Virus record (IMG/VR): IMGVR_UViG_3300012942_000013
Span: 1-46,259 of that record
Strand: one strand, 5' to 3'
DNA from: a virus
Lineage: Duplodnaviria; Caudoviricetes
DNA length: 46,259 nucleotides
Position numbers and translations under genes: made by a program. Under the pieces are notes generated by a model, which did no database searches, was not told where the DNA came from, and saw only the letters and a list, made by a program, of their open reading frames with translations. Below, piece after piece: positions 17,694-26,816 of the stretch (positions are counted from its first letter, which is position 1; the number at the start of each line of letters is the position of its first letter).

Positions 17694-17837
17694 GCGGCGA
17701 GTGTCGTGCGATGGCCGGACGGGAAGGGACGCGGAACGGTCGCGGAAGCGTTCTCTCGCGCGTGGTCTCGGCGGCTTCTGGAGGCCTCCACCAGCGCATC
17801 CTTGGTCTGTGGCCACGTAAAAACTTGCGATCCTCCC

Positions 17838-17871
17838 TTGACAATCTGTGCAGGATGCTTCACAGTCTGTC
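17838..17871 (+). promoter_or_regulatory. Sigma70-type promoter with overlapping operator
   Basis: TTGACA-17nt-CACAGT; imperfect inverted repeat GACAATCTGTG/CACAGTCTGTC. Confidence 0.55.
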
Positions 17872-18023
17872 GTGTCGTTGCATGACGCGATGACGATGAG
17901 AGAAACGCGCCTCGCGGTGTCCGACCACCCAGGCGCTCTACACAGAGGAGTTGTCCCTATGTGCAGCAAGCAGGAAGTATCGCGCGAGGCGTTCGGCCGC
18001 CGTGCCGTGCCGGAGCTAGGCGA

Positions 18024-18212
18024 ATGAGCTTCGCGGACGACATCTGCGATCTGCGCCGCATCCGTGACGACCTCGCGGGTGACGAGTACAGCAACGACGA
18101 GATCCTGCGACTCGGGCTCGCTCACTTCGCCGGGCCGGTGAGCAACGAGCAGTTGGCGCAGGAAGCCGATGAACAACTCGGCGATCTGCTGGAAGGATGT
18201 GAAGTCCGATGA
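18024..18212 (+). CDS. Small acidic hypothetical protein
   Basis: GGAG SD, ATGA coupling to next gene. Confidence 0.55.
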   Translation: MSFADDICDLRRIRDDLAGDEYSNDEILRLGLAHFAGPVSNEQLAQEADEQLGDLLEGCEVR

Positions 18213-18478
18213 GCGGCGACGCGCTGGCGCTCGTGGTCGATACTCCGAGCGTGACCGCCGACGACATCAGGCGCAAACTGAGGACCGAGCAGAAGAGGCA
18301 GGAGCGCGCCGAGGCGCAGCGAGATCGTGCGGTCGCGGCGCAACGGACCCTCCTGGTCGAGGTCCAGAAGACGCCCGGTATCTCGATGACGGAGGCGGCC
18401 GGGATCCTCAAGCTGTCGCGACGCCGCGCCTATCAGCTGATGGACGACGGGAGCGTGAAGACCGACGCTAGAACCTAA
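18209..18478 (+). CDS. HTH DNA-binding protein
   Basis: GISMTEAAGILKLSRRRAYQL helix-turn-helix. Confidence 0.75.
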   Translation: MSGDALALVVDTPSVTADDIRRKLRTEQKRQERAEAQRDRAVAAQRTLLVEVQKTPGISMTEAAGILKLSRRRAYQLMDDGSVKTDART

Positions 18479-18747
18479 AGCTGTTTGAGAGTCGCAATTG
18501 GGTTTGAGGGCGGCTCCCTAGGGGCGCCCTCTTTCCTGGCCTCAGGCGCTAAGGGATTTTGCGAGAGAGCGCGTTCGGCTTCCCTCGCTTCCGACCATTC
18601 CTGACGGGTGACCTTCGCCGGGACGGCGTCGTGGAACGTGCGGGCGCCCTCATCGTCGTAGTGGATGCAGAAGCCGACCGACACGAGCCTCCAGCCGCAT
18701 GACGGGCATTCGTGGTCGACGCGCTTGAAGTCGGCGACCTCAGCCAT
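18475..18747 (-). CDS. Hypothetical protein with CPSC motif
   Basis: Overlap-coupled to upstream gene. Confidence 0.5.
   Translation of the reverse strand: MAEVADFKRVDHECPSCGWRLVSVGFCIHYDDEGARTFHDAVPAKVTRQEWSEAREAERALSQNPLAPEARKEGAPREPPSNPIATLKQL
18506..18534 (+). terminator. Stem-loop between convergent genes
   Basis: GAGGGCG/CGCCCTC stem followed by TTT. Confidence 0.45.
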
Positions 18748-19243
18748 CCTGCTTCGCCTTCCAGGCGCGCCATTCCGCGCCGATGTTCGCGAAGCGCTCC
18801 ACGGCCTCTCCACCACCCAGTGCGATGCCTAGACGATCGTGCCGCTCTTTGCGCGTGCCGCTGGACTTGCGGCCTTCCTTGCCGACGTACGGGAGCGCCG
18901 CGATGCCGTCGACCGCAAGCAGAAGCTGCTCCTCCGTGTAGCCGTCGTTGAACCGGGCTTTCACGAGGTCGAAGCGGTCCGCCGTGTCACGAGCCTTCGG
19001 ATGGCCCGTGGCCTCCTTCCAGTGCTCGATGACGCGGAGGATCTTGCCTCGGAACGGATCCTTCTTGCGCCGTTCGTCTTCGTCTCGTTCGAGGCGGTCG
19101 ATTCGCCGCAGCAGCCGTCGGATCTCGGCCTGCAGGTTTTCGACGTCGTCGACCTGCACCGCCTCGCAGCGCGCGCAGCCTCGTTCTTCGACGATCGCGC
19201 CGTCGCCGTCGATGACCCGGAGTGGGAGCGGCTCGGCACTCAT
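18740..19243 (-). CDS. Replication-associated protein (phage conserved C-terminal/initiator-like domain)
   Basis: VIEHWKEATG...LVKARFNDGYTEEQLLLAVDG resembles phage replisome-organiser C-terminal domains. Confidence 0.5.
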   Translation of the reverse strand: MSAEPLPLRVIDGDGAIVEERGCARCEAVQVDDVENLQAEIRRLLRRIDRLERDEDERRKKDPFRGKILRVIEHWKEATGHPKARDTADRFDLVKARFNDGYTEEQLLLAVDGIAALPYVGKEGRKSSGTRKERHDRLGIALGGGEAVERFANIGAEWRAWKAKQDG

Positions 19244-19899
19244 GCTGCCGCCACGGACTCCCAGTGGTCGCGCACGCCTTCGGCTTCGGAGAGGGGCTCC
19301 CGAGCGTTCGTGAAGGCGTGGCGGATATCCCGGTTGACCTCGGCCGCGCGCAGCAGCACGCGGTAGGCCTTCGGACCGAGCTGCTGGAGGATCGAGCGCG
19401 TGTCGGCGCCGTCGGGCAGCCGTAGGTAGCGCACCCGGGCGTCGTCGAGATCAGCCCAGACGCGGTCGCTCAGATCGCGGCCCGGAGCGTCGCCGTCGAA
19501 GCTGAGGTACACGCGCTCGAACCGCTCGAGCAGCGGCGCCCACTCCGACTTCCACGAGCTCGCACCGGGGATGCCGATCGCCGCGATCCTCGGGAACGCC
19601 TCGGCGAGCGCCCAGGTGTCCGACTCGCCCTCGGTCAGGATCACGGCGCGAGGATCGGCGGTGGCGAGCCGCCAGACGCCGTAGGGGATCTGCGGTTTGC
19701 GCTCGCGGAGCCAGCGCACGGCCTTGACGTCGCGGCCCGGAGCGTCGCCGTCGAAGCCGAAGAGCTTCACGCGGTAGAGGGTTCCTTCGCGATCGAAGTA
19801 CGGCACGCGGAAGCCGACGACACCCTCCGAGACGCCGAAGTCGGCGAGGACGCGAGGGTCGATCCCTTTCCAACTGGTGATCTCGGCCGTGGCGCTCAT
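19240..19899 (-). CDS. TOPRIM-domain primase
   Basis: VILTEGESD, IGIPGASSW, VYLSFDGDAPG, LPDGAD motifs. Confidence 0.85.
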   Translation of the reverse strand: MSATAEITSWKGIDPRVLADFGVSEGVVGFRVPYFDREGTLYRVKLFGFDGDAPGRDVKAVRWLRERKPQIPYGVWRLATADPRAVILTEGESDTWALAEAFPRIAAIGIPGASSWKSEWAPLLERFERVYLSFDGDAPGRDLSDRVWADLDDARVRYLRLPDGADTRSILQQLGPKAYRVLLRAAEVNRDIRHAFTNAREPLSEAEGVRDHWESVAAA

Positions 19900-20483
19900 G
19901 ACCAGCCATCCGCATCCAAGGAGTGCTCGGTGATGGCGTCCGTGTCTTCGAGCGACCGCGCCAGCTGCTCCCGGTCGGCCGCCGTGAGCGGTTCGCCGGC
20001 GATTTCCCGCTTGCGCCGTGCGACCCAGGCACGCATCTCAGGACTGAGTTCGCCCGGCTTGTAGACGCGCGCTGCCTTCGGTGGTAGCGGATGCGCGACT
20101 TCCCAGGCGACCGCCGCCGCGATCGCCTCCTCCTCGGTCGAGTAGCTGCCGACCGTGTGGTAGACGCGGTCGCGCCGGAATGCGACGCGCCATTTACCTG
20201 ACTGCCGATGAAACCTGACCCCTCTTTGGGCGCTCGTCAGGACGCGCTTGGGCGGCACGAAGGTCGGGTCGACGTAGTTCAGGTTGCGTCGAACGAAGGA
20301 GACGGTCGTCTCCGAGATGCCGTACAGGGCGGCGATCTCGACCTGCGCCAACTCCGAGCGACGGATCTCCCGCACCTGGTCCTTGGTCAGCTTGGCGTTG
20401 GGCGGCCGTCGCCCCGCGTTTCCGTGCGACGGCGCTTCCTCCAGCAGCTGCGGCTTCTCGGGCGCCGGGAGGGCCGCGTTCAA
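19896..20483 (-). CDS. HTH + AP2 domain DNA-binding protein
   Basis: NAKLTKDQVREIR..IAALYGISETTVS (HTH) and RGVRFHRQSGKWRV..GSYSTEEEAIAA (AP2). Confidence 0.8.
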   Translation of the reverse strand: MNAALPAPEKPQLLEEAPSHGNAGRRPPNAKLTKDQVREIRRSELAQVEIAALYGISETTVSFVRRNLNYVDPTFVPPKRVLTSAQRGVRFHRQSGKWRVAFRRDRVYHTVGSYSTEEEAIAAAVAWEVAHPLPPKAARVYKPGELSPEMRAWVARRKREIAGEPLTAADREQLARSLEDTDAITEHSLDADGWS

Positions 20484-21034
20484 TCCTCGTCCTCCTGCTC
20501 GCAGATCTCGCAGTACGGATCAGCGCCGAACGCGCCCCGTGCGCCGCAGCCCGAACACCAGTCGGCCTCGCCGCGCTCTGGATCCTCGGCGTCGGTGACC
20601 CGGAAGAGGACCTTCGTGTGCGGCCGTCCGTCTTCGAGTCGCTTTTCGTCTCGATAGCGGAGGGCCGTGTCGAGGTTCTTGCTGCGGAAGAGATCAGCCT
20701 TTCCCCACCATTCCTCGCGGGAGACGACGTACCGCTTTGCCGTTCCCCCATTCGCCGTGACGGCCATCAGGCAGCCGTCCTGAGGCTCTGGCCACGTTGG
20801 ACGGCCGCCGGCCTCCTGGTAGACGTCCACGCCGATCCCTGGGACCGAGCCGCTGATCCGGCACTCACCTCCGTGGACGATCGAGAACCACGGCACGACG
20901 CCGCCGTCGACCTCGAGCACCGGGATGACGCAGCGACCGCCCGAGCGGTGCTTGTCGAAGGCCCGGTTGCTGGTGAAGTGACCGCCGCACGCCCGGCAGT
21001 GCGCCGTGCAGGTCTTCGTCTTGGCGCGGGCCAT
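20480..21034 (-). CDS. FDXHR-type zinc-binding protein
   Basis: HCRACGGHFTSNRAFDKHR..C; second CxxC..CxxC at C-terminus. Confidence 0.7.
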   Translation of the reverse strand: MARAKTKTCTAHCRACGGHFTSNRAFDKHRSGGRCVIPVLEVDGGVVPWFSIVHGGECRISGSVPGIGVDVYQEAGGRPTWPEPQDGCLMAVTANGGTAKRYVVSREEWWGKADLFRSKNLDTALRYRDEKRLEDGRPHTKVLFRVTDAEDPERGEADWCSGCGARGAFGADPYCEICEQEDED

Positions 21035-21318
21035 CACTCGCCTCCGACGAGCCCGGTGGTGAAGCCGCTGTAGCCAACCCCCCCCATGCACCACGTGCCT
21101 GCGAGGACGCCGCGCCGTGGCAGGTACTCGGGGAGGACCTCGCAGAGCGGCGCGAGGAAACCGTCGCGGTGGCTGTCGGATTCAGCGACGACCACCGCCT
21201 CGATGTTGCGCGGCTCGCCGAACCAGACGTGGTCGCCGATCTCCAGACCGTCGCTGTTGAGGGCGAGGATCTGGGTGCCGCGATCGAACATGACGTGGGC
21301 CGTCTTCAGGTCGCTCAT
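21034..21318 (-). CDS. Hypothetical protein
   Basis: Coupled ORF in operon. Confidence 0.6.
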   Translation of the reverse strand: MSDLKTAHVMFDRGTQILALNSDGLEIGDHVWFGEPRNIEAVVVAESDSHRDGFLAPLCEVLPEYLPRRGVLAGTWCMGGVGYSGFTTGLVGGE

Positions 21319-21506
21319 CTGGTGGCCTTCCGTCCGCCGCCCTTGACGGCGGCGCGGATGTCCAGCTCGCTGGTCCAGCGGTGGAGGAAGCGCGGCCGGT
21401 AGCCGACGATTCCGCGTGGTCGCGCAGACTTTGCGCGCCCTCTGTTTCGGGACTTTCTTGCGAGGTACTTCACGGGTTCTCTCCTTTGCTTTGACCCTGT
21501 TAGACG

Positions 21507-21546
21507 GGTCACGGGCGGCGCACGAACCCCCACGCCGCCCGTGACC
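21507..21546 (-). terminator. 14-bp stem-loop
   Basis: GGTCACGGGCGGCG/CGCCGCCCGTGACC directly after the stop at 21550. Confidence 0.65.
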
Positions 21547-21549
21547 GCC

Positions 21550-21891
21550 CTACTCCTCGACCCGGGTGATCCCGTCGAGTTTCAGGACGTGCTTCCGCTT
21601 CGTCCCGGTCACGTCCCCGGTCTTGTGGTCCATCAGGTCGGTGAACGTGATCTGGCTGACCACGCCTTCGACCTCGAACCGCAGCCGCGTTCCCTTCTCG
21701 AACTGACCCTCCACGGTGACTTCGCCACCGCGTAGGACGAGCGTCGACTGGTCGGCGTTGCGGCCGCCGACCGAGAGACTGATCTGACCTCCGGCCTCGA
21801 CGACGAGTCGCGTCTCTTCGTCCGGCACCGCTTCGAGTTCCGGACCTTCGCTCTGCGGCTCTTCGGCCGCTTCTTCTGGTTGGGCGTTCAC
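21550..21891 (-). CDS. Hypothetical beta-rich protein
   Basis: AAAGGAG SD before GTG at 21891. Confidence 0.65.
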   Translation of the reverse strand: MNAQPEEAAEEPQSEGPELEAVPDEETRLVVEAGGQISLSVGGRNADQSTLVLRGGEVTVEGQFEKGTRLRFEVEGVVSQITFTDLMDHKTGDVTGTKRKHVLKLDGITRVEE

Positions 21892-21916
21892 TTCGTTCTC
21901 CTTTCGGGTTGACAGG

Positions 21917-22069
21917 TCAAGGCTCGATCTGAGCGCCGCAGCACGGACACGTGCCGTCGGCTTCGAGGACGTACAGCCAGAGGCCGCACTCCGAACAGGA
22001 TTCGGGGATATCGGGCGCGTAGACATCCGGCGGCTCCGTACGACCGCAAGCCTCGTCTAGATAGGCCAC
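21917..22069 (-). CDS. 50-aa zinc-ribbon protein (not in ORF track)
   Basis: Manual translation MAYLDEACGRTEPPDVYAPDIPESCSECGLWLYVLEADGTCPCCGAQIEP fills the gap. Confidence 0.6.
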   Translation of the reverse strand: MAYLDEACGRTEPPDVYAPDIPESCSECGLWLYVLEADGTCPCCGAQIEP

Positions 22070-22470
22070 GCTTCGTCCTCGATCCGCGCGCGACGTCGAT
22101 TCGGCGTCGTCGGCATCTTGCGGCCCTTCCTGAAGCGCGTGCGGTCGCGACGAGTCTCGCGCTGCGCCGCGGCGACTTGCGCCCGCAGCCGCTTCACGTC
22201 CTTACGCCGCCGGCGCGCCGGCTCGACGGCCTTCTCCTTCGTGATCACGGTCACCACCGCGCCGTCGACCACGATGGCGACGCAGTCGGGAGCGATGAGG
22301 AGGTAGGCGTCGGCGGCGGTGTGCGCGCGGCTGAGGTCCCAGCGCGGGCGCTCGACCGTCTCGGCGAGATCCAGCAGGGCGTACAGCTCGCGCCGTGCCT
22401 GCGTGGCGCCGAGATGAGGCTTGACGCGGGCCTGATACCGCTCGACCGCGTGGTTCGTGACGCCGATCAA
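22057..22470 (-). CDS. Hypothetical protein (TNHAVERY motif)
   Basis: TTGA coupling with rusA stop. Confidence 0.6.
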   Translation of the reverse strand: MIGVTNHAVERYQARVKPHLGATQARRELYALLDLAETVERPRWDLSRAHTAADAYLLIAPDCVAIVVDGAVVTVITKEKAVEPARRRRKDVKRLRAQVAAAQRETRRDRTRFRKGRKMPTTPNRRRARIEDEAWPI

Positions 22471-22988
22471 GCGAGGCTCCGGATCGTGACGACGCTCCGC
22501 GGCTGCTCCTCCGGCTCCTGCGTGTAGCGCTTCTCCGGAGGGCCGTCGAGCCGCACGATCTGGTCGTCGTCCGGCAGGAGTCCTGCGAGGACCAGGCCGT
22601 CCTCGACGAGTTTCACCAGGTTGGAGAGATCCGGCTTGCCCGTCGGCCACGCCTTGGCGAACTGCGGCTTGAGCCGCCGGGCGTTCCTCCCGGTGCCGTA
22701 ATGGCCTTTCGGCCGCTTCACGAAGAAGACCGCACTAATCGCGAGCGGTTCGCCGACCTTGAAAGGCTCGCCGCCCGCATCGAGGAGTTCCTTGGCGGCC
22801 TGCATCACGCGAGCCGTCGCCTCGACCTGGCGGGACGGGATGAACCGGTTCCCCGATTTCGGGTTGGTCTGCTTCGCCGCCCACGGAACCGGAGGGCCGG
22901 GGATCTCGAGGCGATGAAGGATCGGTGTCGCGAGATCACCGGACACCGCGCGGAAAAAAGGGGTGGCCGTCTGTCCCTCGTGGTCCAT
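22467..22988 (-). CDS. rusA: RusA-family Holliday junction resolvase
   Basis: IPGPPVP, RPKGHY, KPDLSNLVKLVEDGL, DDDQIV motifs. Confidence 0.9.
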   Translation of the reverse strand: MDHEGQTATPFFRAVSGDLATPILHRLEIPGPPVPWAAKQTNPKSGNRFIPSRQVEATARVMQAAKELLDAGGEPFKVGEPLAISAVFFVKRPKGHYGTGRNARRLKPQFAKAWPTGKPDLSNLVKLVEDGLVLAGLLPDDDQIVRLDGPPEKRYTQEPEEQPRSVVTIRSLA

Positions 22989-23242
22989 CAGTCCTGGCCT
23001 TTCTCGGCGGGGACTTCGGCGCGGAGGATAGGTGCCTCGAAGAGGCCGTAGGGGACATCGAGGGTGACGTCGACCTCTCGCGTCTCACCGATACCGGCCG
23101 GCCCGCGATTGACCCAGTGTTCGCGCTGGTCGGCCCAGTCGTCGTCTCCTTCCAGGAGCGCTTCGTACTGGTCATATTCGACGGCGCCGAGGAAGAGTAC
23201 GCTTCCGTCCTCCCACTCGCCCATCAGTGCCCTGAGCCTCAC
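22988..23242 (-). CDS. Hypothetical protein
   Basis: Coupled ORF. Confidence 0.55.
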   Translation of the reverse strand: MRLRALMGEWEDGSVLFLGAVEYDQYEALLEGDDDWADQREHWVNRGPAGIGETREVDVTLDVPYGLFEAPILRAEVPAEKGQD

Positions 23243-23490
23243 CTAGACCCCCCTCCTTCTCCACTGCCCTTGTCTTCTTCTATCCGTCTTGCCAGGTCGT
23301 AGATGTATTGGAGGTCACCGATTTCATGGCCGTGGCGCTCTCGATTTTCACGGTCGCTGCTTATCGCCGTGAGGAGTTCGTCTCGCTGCTTCTCGGCGGC
23401 AAGAGCACGGCGCTTCATGGCGGAGAACCAGCTGCTCTCGTCCTCGGCGTACATGTTCACGTCCTCCCACTTGCTGGATTCAGTCGCCAT
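23239..23490 (-). CDS. Hypothetical protein
   Basis: Coupled ORF. Confidence 0.55.
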   Translation of the reverse strand: MATESSKWEDVNMYAEDESSWFSAMKRRALAAEKQRDELLTAISSDRENRERHGHEIGDLQYIYDLARRIEEDKGSGEGGGSR

Positions 23491-23683
23491 GGGATTCCGC
23501 CTTTCGTAGAGCATGCTTCAGAGCGTCGATCTCCAACTTCGCGCCGTCTAATTTCTGAGCCAGCTCCTTACAGCGGGACTCGGTTGCTTCGTAGTCCTCG
23601 ACGCGAACCCAGTGTCCACGCGGCGACGGGCGAAGGACCACTACGCCATCACAGACACGACTCGTCCAGCGTTTGACGGCCAT
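23480..23683 (-). CDS. Hypothetical protein
   Basis: GGAGG SD; GHWVRVEDY motif plus coiled coil. Confidence 0.55.
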   Translation of the reverse strand: MAVKRWTSRVCDGVVVLRPSPRGHWVRVEDYEATESRCKELAQKLDGAKLEIDALKHALRKAESHGD

Positions 23684-23960
23684 TCAGTCCTCCCCGCGTG
23701 GTGTCTATTGCTGCCTTCAAGGCTGCCTCGGTTGCTCGATCGGAAGCACGACCGCAGACGCGGATCTGAGCATCAAGAGCCGCCTCGTGCGCCTCATTGC
23801 TCAATAGCTCTTCCTCCCAGGCTTTGCGGAGGATCGGAACTGCGGCTTCGATGACCGCACGCGCCAGTTCCTCGGAGTCGACTGAGCAGTCGGAGCGGTC
23901 GTAGAGGTCTTCGATGGCCTGCTCGCCGAGCTTGACCAGGGAGTTCGGTACAAGGCTCAT
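23649..23960 (-). CDS. Hypothetical protein (IEAAVPIL motif related to mosaic proteins)
   Basis: GGAGG SD, ATGA coupling. Confidence 0.55.
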   Translation of the reverse strand: MSLVPNSLVKLGEQAIEDLYDRSDCSVDSEELARAVIEAAVPILRKAWEEELLSNEAHEAALDAQIRVCGRASDRATEAALKAAIDTTRGGLNGRQTLDESCL

Positions 23961-24202
23961 CGGAAAGCCTCCACATGCAGCTCGGTCCAATGGTCATCGA
24001 GCTGGGACGCCGAGAAGGAGCGCTCGGCTGTCTCGCAGATCCGCATCGCCATCTCGGTGTTCGAGGTATGGATCGTCTGCGTGAACGCGTCTGCGTCTCG
24101 GATCTGCTCGTAGAGGCGCCCGGCCTCGAAGCCACGGATGAACTCCGGCTCGTCAGTGTCGAAGCCGAGGATCAAGCTGAACTCGCCATCATGAGCGCTC
24201 AT
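23957..24202 (-). CDS. Hypothetical protein
   Basis: ATGA coupling; EFIRGFEAGRLY motif. Confidence 0.6.
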   Translation of the reverse strand: MSAHDGEFSLILGFDTDEPEFIRGFEAGRLYEQIRDADAFTQTIHTSNTEMAMRICETAERSFSASQLDDHWTELHVEAFR

Positions 24203-24453
24203 CGTCCATCCCCTTCACTGTCCGCCTGCTCGGGTTCACCGTCGAGCATCCACTTCACGTAGTTCTTGGCCGCCTGGTAGCCCTGGAGATAGCCGGAGCG
24301 TTCGTCTTCGCCACGGCGCGTGATCTTCCGGTCGAGCGGGAATTTCACCCCGGAGCCGAGCAGGGCGTCGATGATCTCGCGGTCGGTTTTACCAGAGACC
24401 GGGGATGTAATGGACGCGATCCCCCGGCGCGGCCGCTTCAGAAGGACGCTCAT
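24199..24453 (-). CDS. Hypothetical protein
   Basis: ATGA coupling. Confidence 0.55.
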   Translation of the reverse strand: MSVLLKRPRRGIASITSPVSGKTDREIIDALLGSGVKFPLDRKITRRGEDERSGYLQGYQAAKNYVKWMLDGEPEQADSEGDGR

Positions 24454-26273
24454 CGGTCGTCTCCGAAGGCACCCTCGATCTTCGCGTGAAGGCGTCGAAG
24501 CTCCTGCTGGATAAGGGCGCTCGAGGCGCTACGCGCCGTGAACCACAGGCCCTCGTCCTCTGCCTGCTCCGCGACAAGCGCTAGTAGTTCGGCCTCCTTG
24601 GTGAGGCAGGAGGCCCGCTCGGCTTCCAACTCGGTGACCTTCTGGACGGCGAATTCACGGTGGGTGCGCTCATCCTGTTCCCGAGCTACCGCTTCGTCGT
24701 GCTGTTTCAGGCACGCCTCCCGCGAGTCCTTGATCCTGCGAACGGCCATCACCGGGTCTTCAATATGCAGGCCGCCCGCGAGCTTGTGGACCTCCCGCAA
24801 TTCGCGGAGGAGCAACTTGGGATCGCCGTCCTCCCATCTCAGGGGCATCGCATGGGTAGATGCCCTCCCTGCCTCCTGCTCAGTGCAGTCGGGGCAGCCG
24901 GGGCAACGGATGAGATCAACGCCGTGCGCACCGGCAACGTCGATGACCTTCGTACCGCCGCAGCGTCGCTTGTTCTCGCATTCGCAGGGCGCGTCGAAAT
25001 ACCAATTGCCGCACCCGCACGTGGGCTCTTCTGGTTGCTCGACCTCTGGCTCTTTCGCAAGCTGGCCCCTCGTGGCGACGTAGCGGAAGCCAGTGGGCGG
25101 CTGCTCTACTCGGGGCTCTTCTGGTTGCTCTGGGGTGAGGGCGAAGCGACAGTGGCCCTCATCGGGGCAGCGGTCGAGCCGGTTGGTGATCTGCGCCGAG
25201 TTGAAGTAGGAAGCCTGGACCGCGCCGGGAACATACTCCAGGCTGAGCGAGAGGTCGCCGTTGTTGGTTTTGACGATCCAGACCTCATGCGGCCACTCGG
25301 TTTCGTCGAGCCGCCGCAGCGTCTCCCCGATTTCCTCCAGGCGCCGACGAATAGGAGAGTCATCGGGGTGAAGCAATCCATGATCGGCGTAGATCCGGTG
25401 CTTCTCCTTTTCCAGCTCCGCGCGCTCGTCGGAGATCCACTGCGCTTCGGAGCCGCTACAACTGAATCTCGGCTCCCCCTCCCCGTCTACCTGGGAGTCC
25501 AGAGAAACGACGTAAGCGAGATTCTCCCATTTGATCGTCCGGCGCGGCGTGACGCAGACGTGGTAGCCGTCGTGGCCCTCGGCGCATTCGCATTGGAAGA
25601 TCCAGGAGTCATCCCGACTCGGGCAGCGCACGGTGCCTGGAATCGAGAAATGGCCCTTGTCCTTCTCCACCTGGGAGTCCTGGAGGGTGGCGACGGCGCA
25701 TCGCAGCTTCTCGGCGATACCGCGTGACTCGCCGCGAATAGTTCGTTGTTCGATGTTCTCACCGTGGGCGCGAAGCTCGTCTTTACCATCCTTCCTCGCC
25801 TTCTCGGCTACTTCCTCGTAGTGGAGAGCCAGCCTCATTAGCGCCTCCCGTGCCTCCTCCAGGCGCCCGCGGAGATCGTCGGCTTCCTTGCGTCGGATTC
25901 CCCATCGATCTTCGAGGGCGACGACAAGCTTCTGGGACTCCTCCAGGCGGCGCTCGGCGGAGTCGGCGCGCGTGATCTCAGCCTTGCGGGCGTCGTTGAG
26001 CGTGCCGAGGTTTTCGGTCACCCGCGCCAGGTCGTCTTCGGACGCGCGCAGATTCGCCTTCGCCTCCTCAAGCTCCTCCCGTAGGGGGGCGGTGAGGATG
26101 GGTGCGGCGGCTTCGAGGTCTTCGCGCGAATGATCTTCGGACGGGTGTTGGCAAGGCGGTCTCTCGTCGAAGGGCACCCGGGGTCGCCGCTCGCGCTTGC
26201 GCTCACGTTCCCACCGGCTTCTCTCGACGGCCTGAATCGCCGCCTCCGGTACCTCTGTCGTCTGGTCAGGCAC
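24450..26273 (-). CDS. Mosaic multi-module protein (607 aa, MPDQTTEVPEAAI...AFGDDR)
   Basis: GGAGG SD before GTG 26273; shares six linkers with 27846..28670. Confidence 0.75.
   Translation of the reverse strand: MPDQTTEVPEAAIQAVERSRWERERKRERRPRVPFDERPPCQHPSEDHSREDLEAAAPILTAPLREELEEAKANLRASEDDLARVTENLGTLNDARKAEITRADSAERRLEESQKLVVALEDRWGIRRKEADDLRGRLEEAREALMRLALHYEEVAEKARKDGKDELRAHGENIEQRTIRGESRGIAEKLRCAVATLQDSQVEKDKGHFSIPGTVRCPSRDDSWIFQCECAEGHDGYHVCVTPRRTIKWENLAYVVSLDSQVDGEGEPRFSCSGSEAQWISDERAELEKEKHRIYADHGLLHPDDSPIRRRLEEIGETLRRLDETEWPHEVWIVKTNNGDLSLSLEYVPGAVQASYFNSAQITNRLDRCPDEGHCRFALTPEQPEEPRVEQPPTGFRYVATRGQLAKEPEVEQPEEPTCGCGNWYFDAPCECENKRRCGGTKVIDVAGAHGVDLIRCPGCPDCTEQEAGRASTHAMPLRWEDGDPKLLLRELREVHKLAGGLHIEDPVMAVRRIKDSREACLKQHDEAVAREQDERTHREFAVQKVTELEAERASCLTKEAELLALVAEQAEDEGLWFTARSASSALIQQELRRLHAKIEGAFGDDR
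26058..26118. repeat. Linker repeat B (LEAAAPILTAPLREELEEAK), second copy 28479..28539
   Basis: 61 bp, two mismatches by eye. Confidence 0.9.
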
Positions 26274-26490
26274 CTCGAACCTCCCACTCGCCGTCGCGGC
26301 GCAGCACGTAGTTGTTGACCGCCAGGACACCGACCCCGTCGATCTCGATCACGACCTGGACGTGGCTTTCGTCGATCGCCATGTCGTCGTCGAGGAGGGC
26401 GGCGAGCGACTCCTGCATCGGCTCGGAGAGCACGACGCTGAACGCCTCTGTCGTCTGGTCAGGCCGCTCGGTGGCGTGCTCGCTACTCAT
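26266..26490 (-). CDS. Hypothetical protein containing PDQTTE linker
   Basis: GGAGG SD, ATGA coupling. Confidence 0.6.
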   Translation of the reverse strand: MSSEHATERPDQTTEAFSVVLSEPMQESLAALLDDDMAIDESHVQVVIEIDGVGVLAVNNYVLRRDGEWEVRGA

Positions 26491-26816
26491 GAGATGTCCT
26501 CCAGCCGAGTGGTTTGCGACGGGCCTGGATCAAGCGTCTCCGCCTCGGTGATCTCGGGGCGACGGTGCAGGATCAGATCCGGGCGCCGAGGGCGAAGGAG
26601 ACCGGTATCGAGAGCCTCGATTTCGTAGATGTCGATCGGCAACGACCCCGAACCCCGAAGCATCAGGGCGAGACCGCGCCGGGTTCGCGATGCAAGCCCC
26701 CAGCCACGCCACGACCGCACGATGAAGCGGGCGCCGTGCCGGTAGACGTTGCGTGGACGCGTAGCTTCGGGGCTGCCGGAGTCCGACCTGTAGCGATAAA
26801 CACGCTCCTTAGTCAT
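26487..26816 (-). CDS. Hypothetical protein
   Basis: Coupled ORF. Confidence 0.5.
   Translation of the reverse strand: MTKERVYRYRSDSGSPEATRPRNVYRHGARFIVRSWRGWGLASRTRRGLALMLRGSGSLPIDIYEIEALDTGLLRPRRPDLILHRRPEITEAETLDPGPSQTTRLEDIS

Noticed and set aside
17694-18176. N-terminal extensions in the ORF track (17157..18176, 13490..15541, 7482..7964)
   Set aside because: They run through promoters or opposite-strand genes; internal starts fit the promoter motif better
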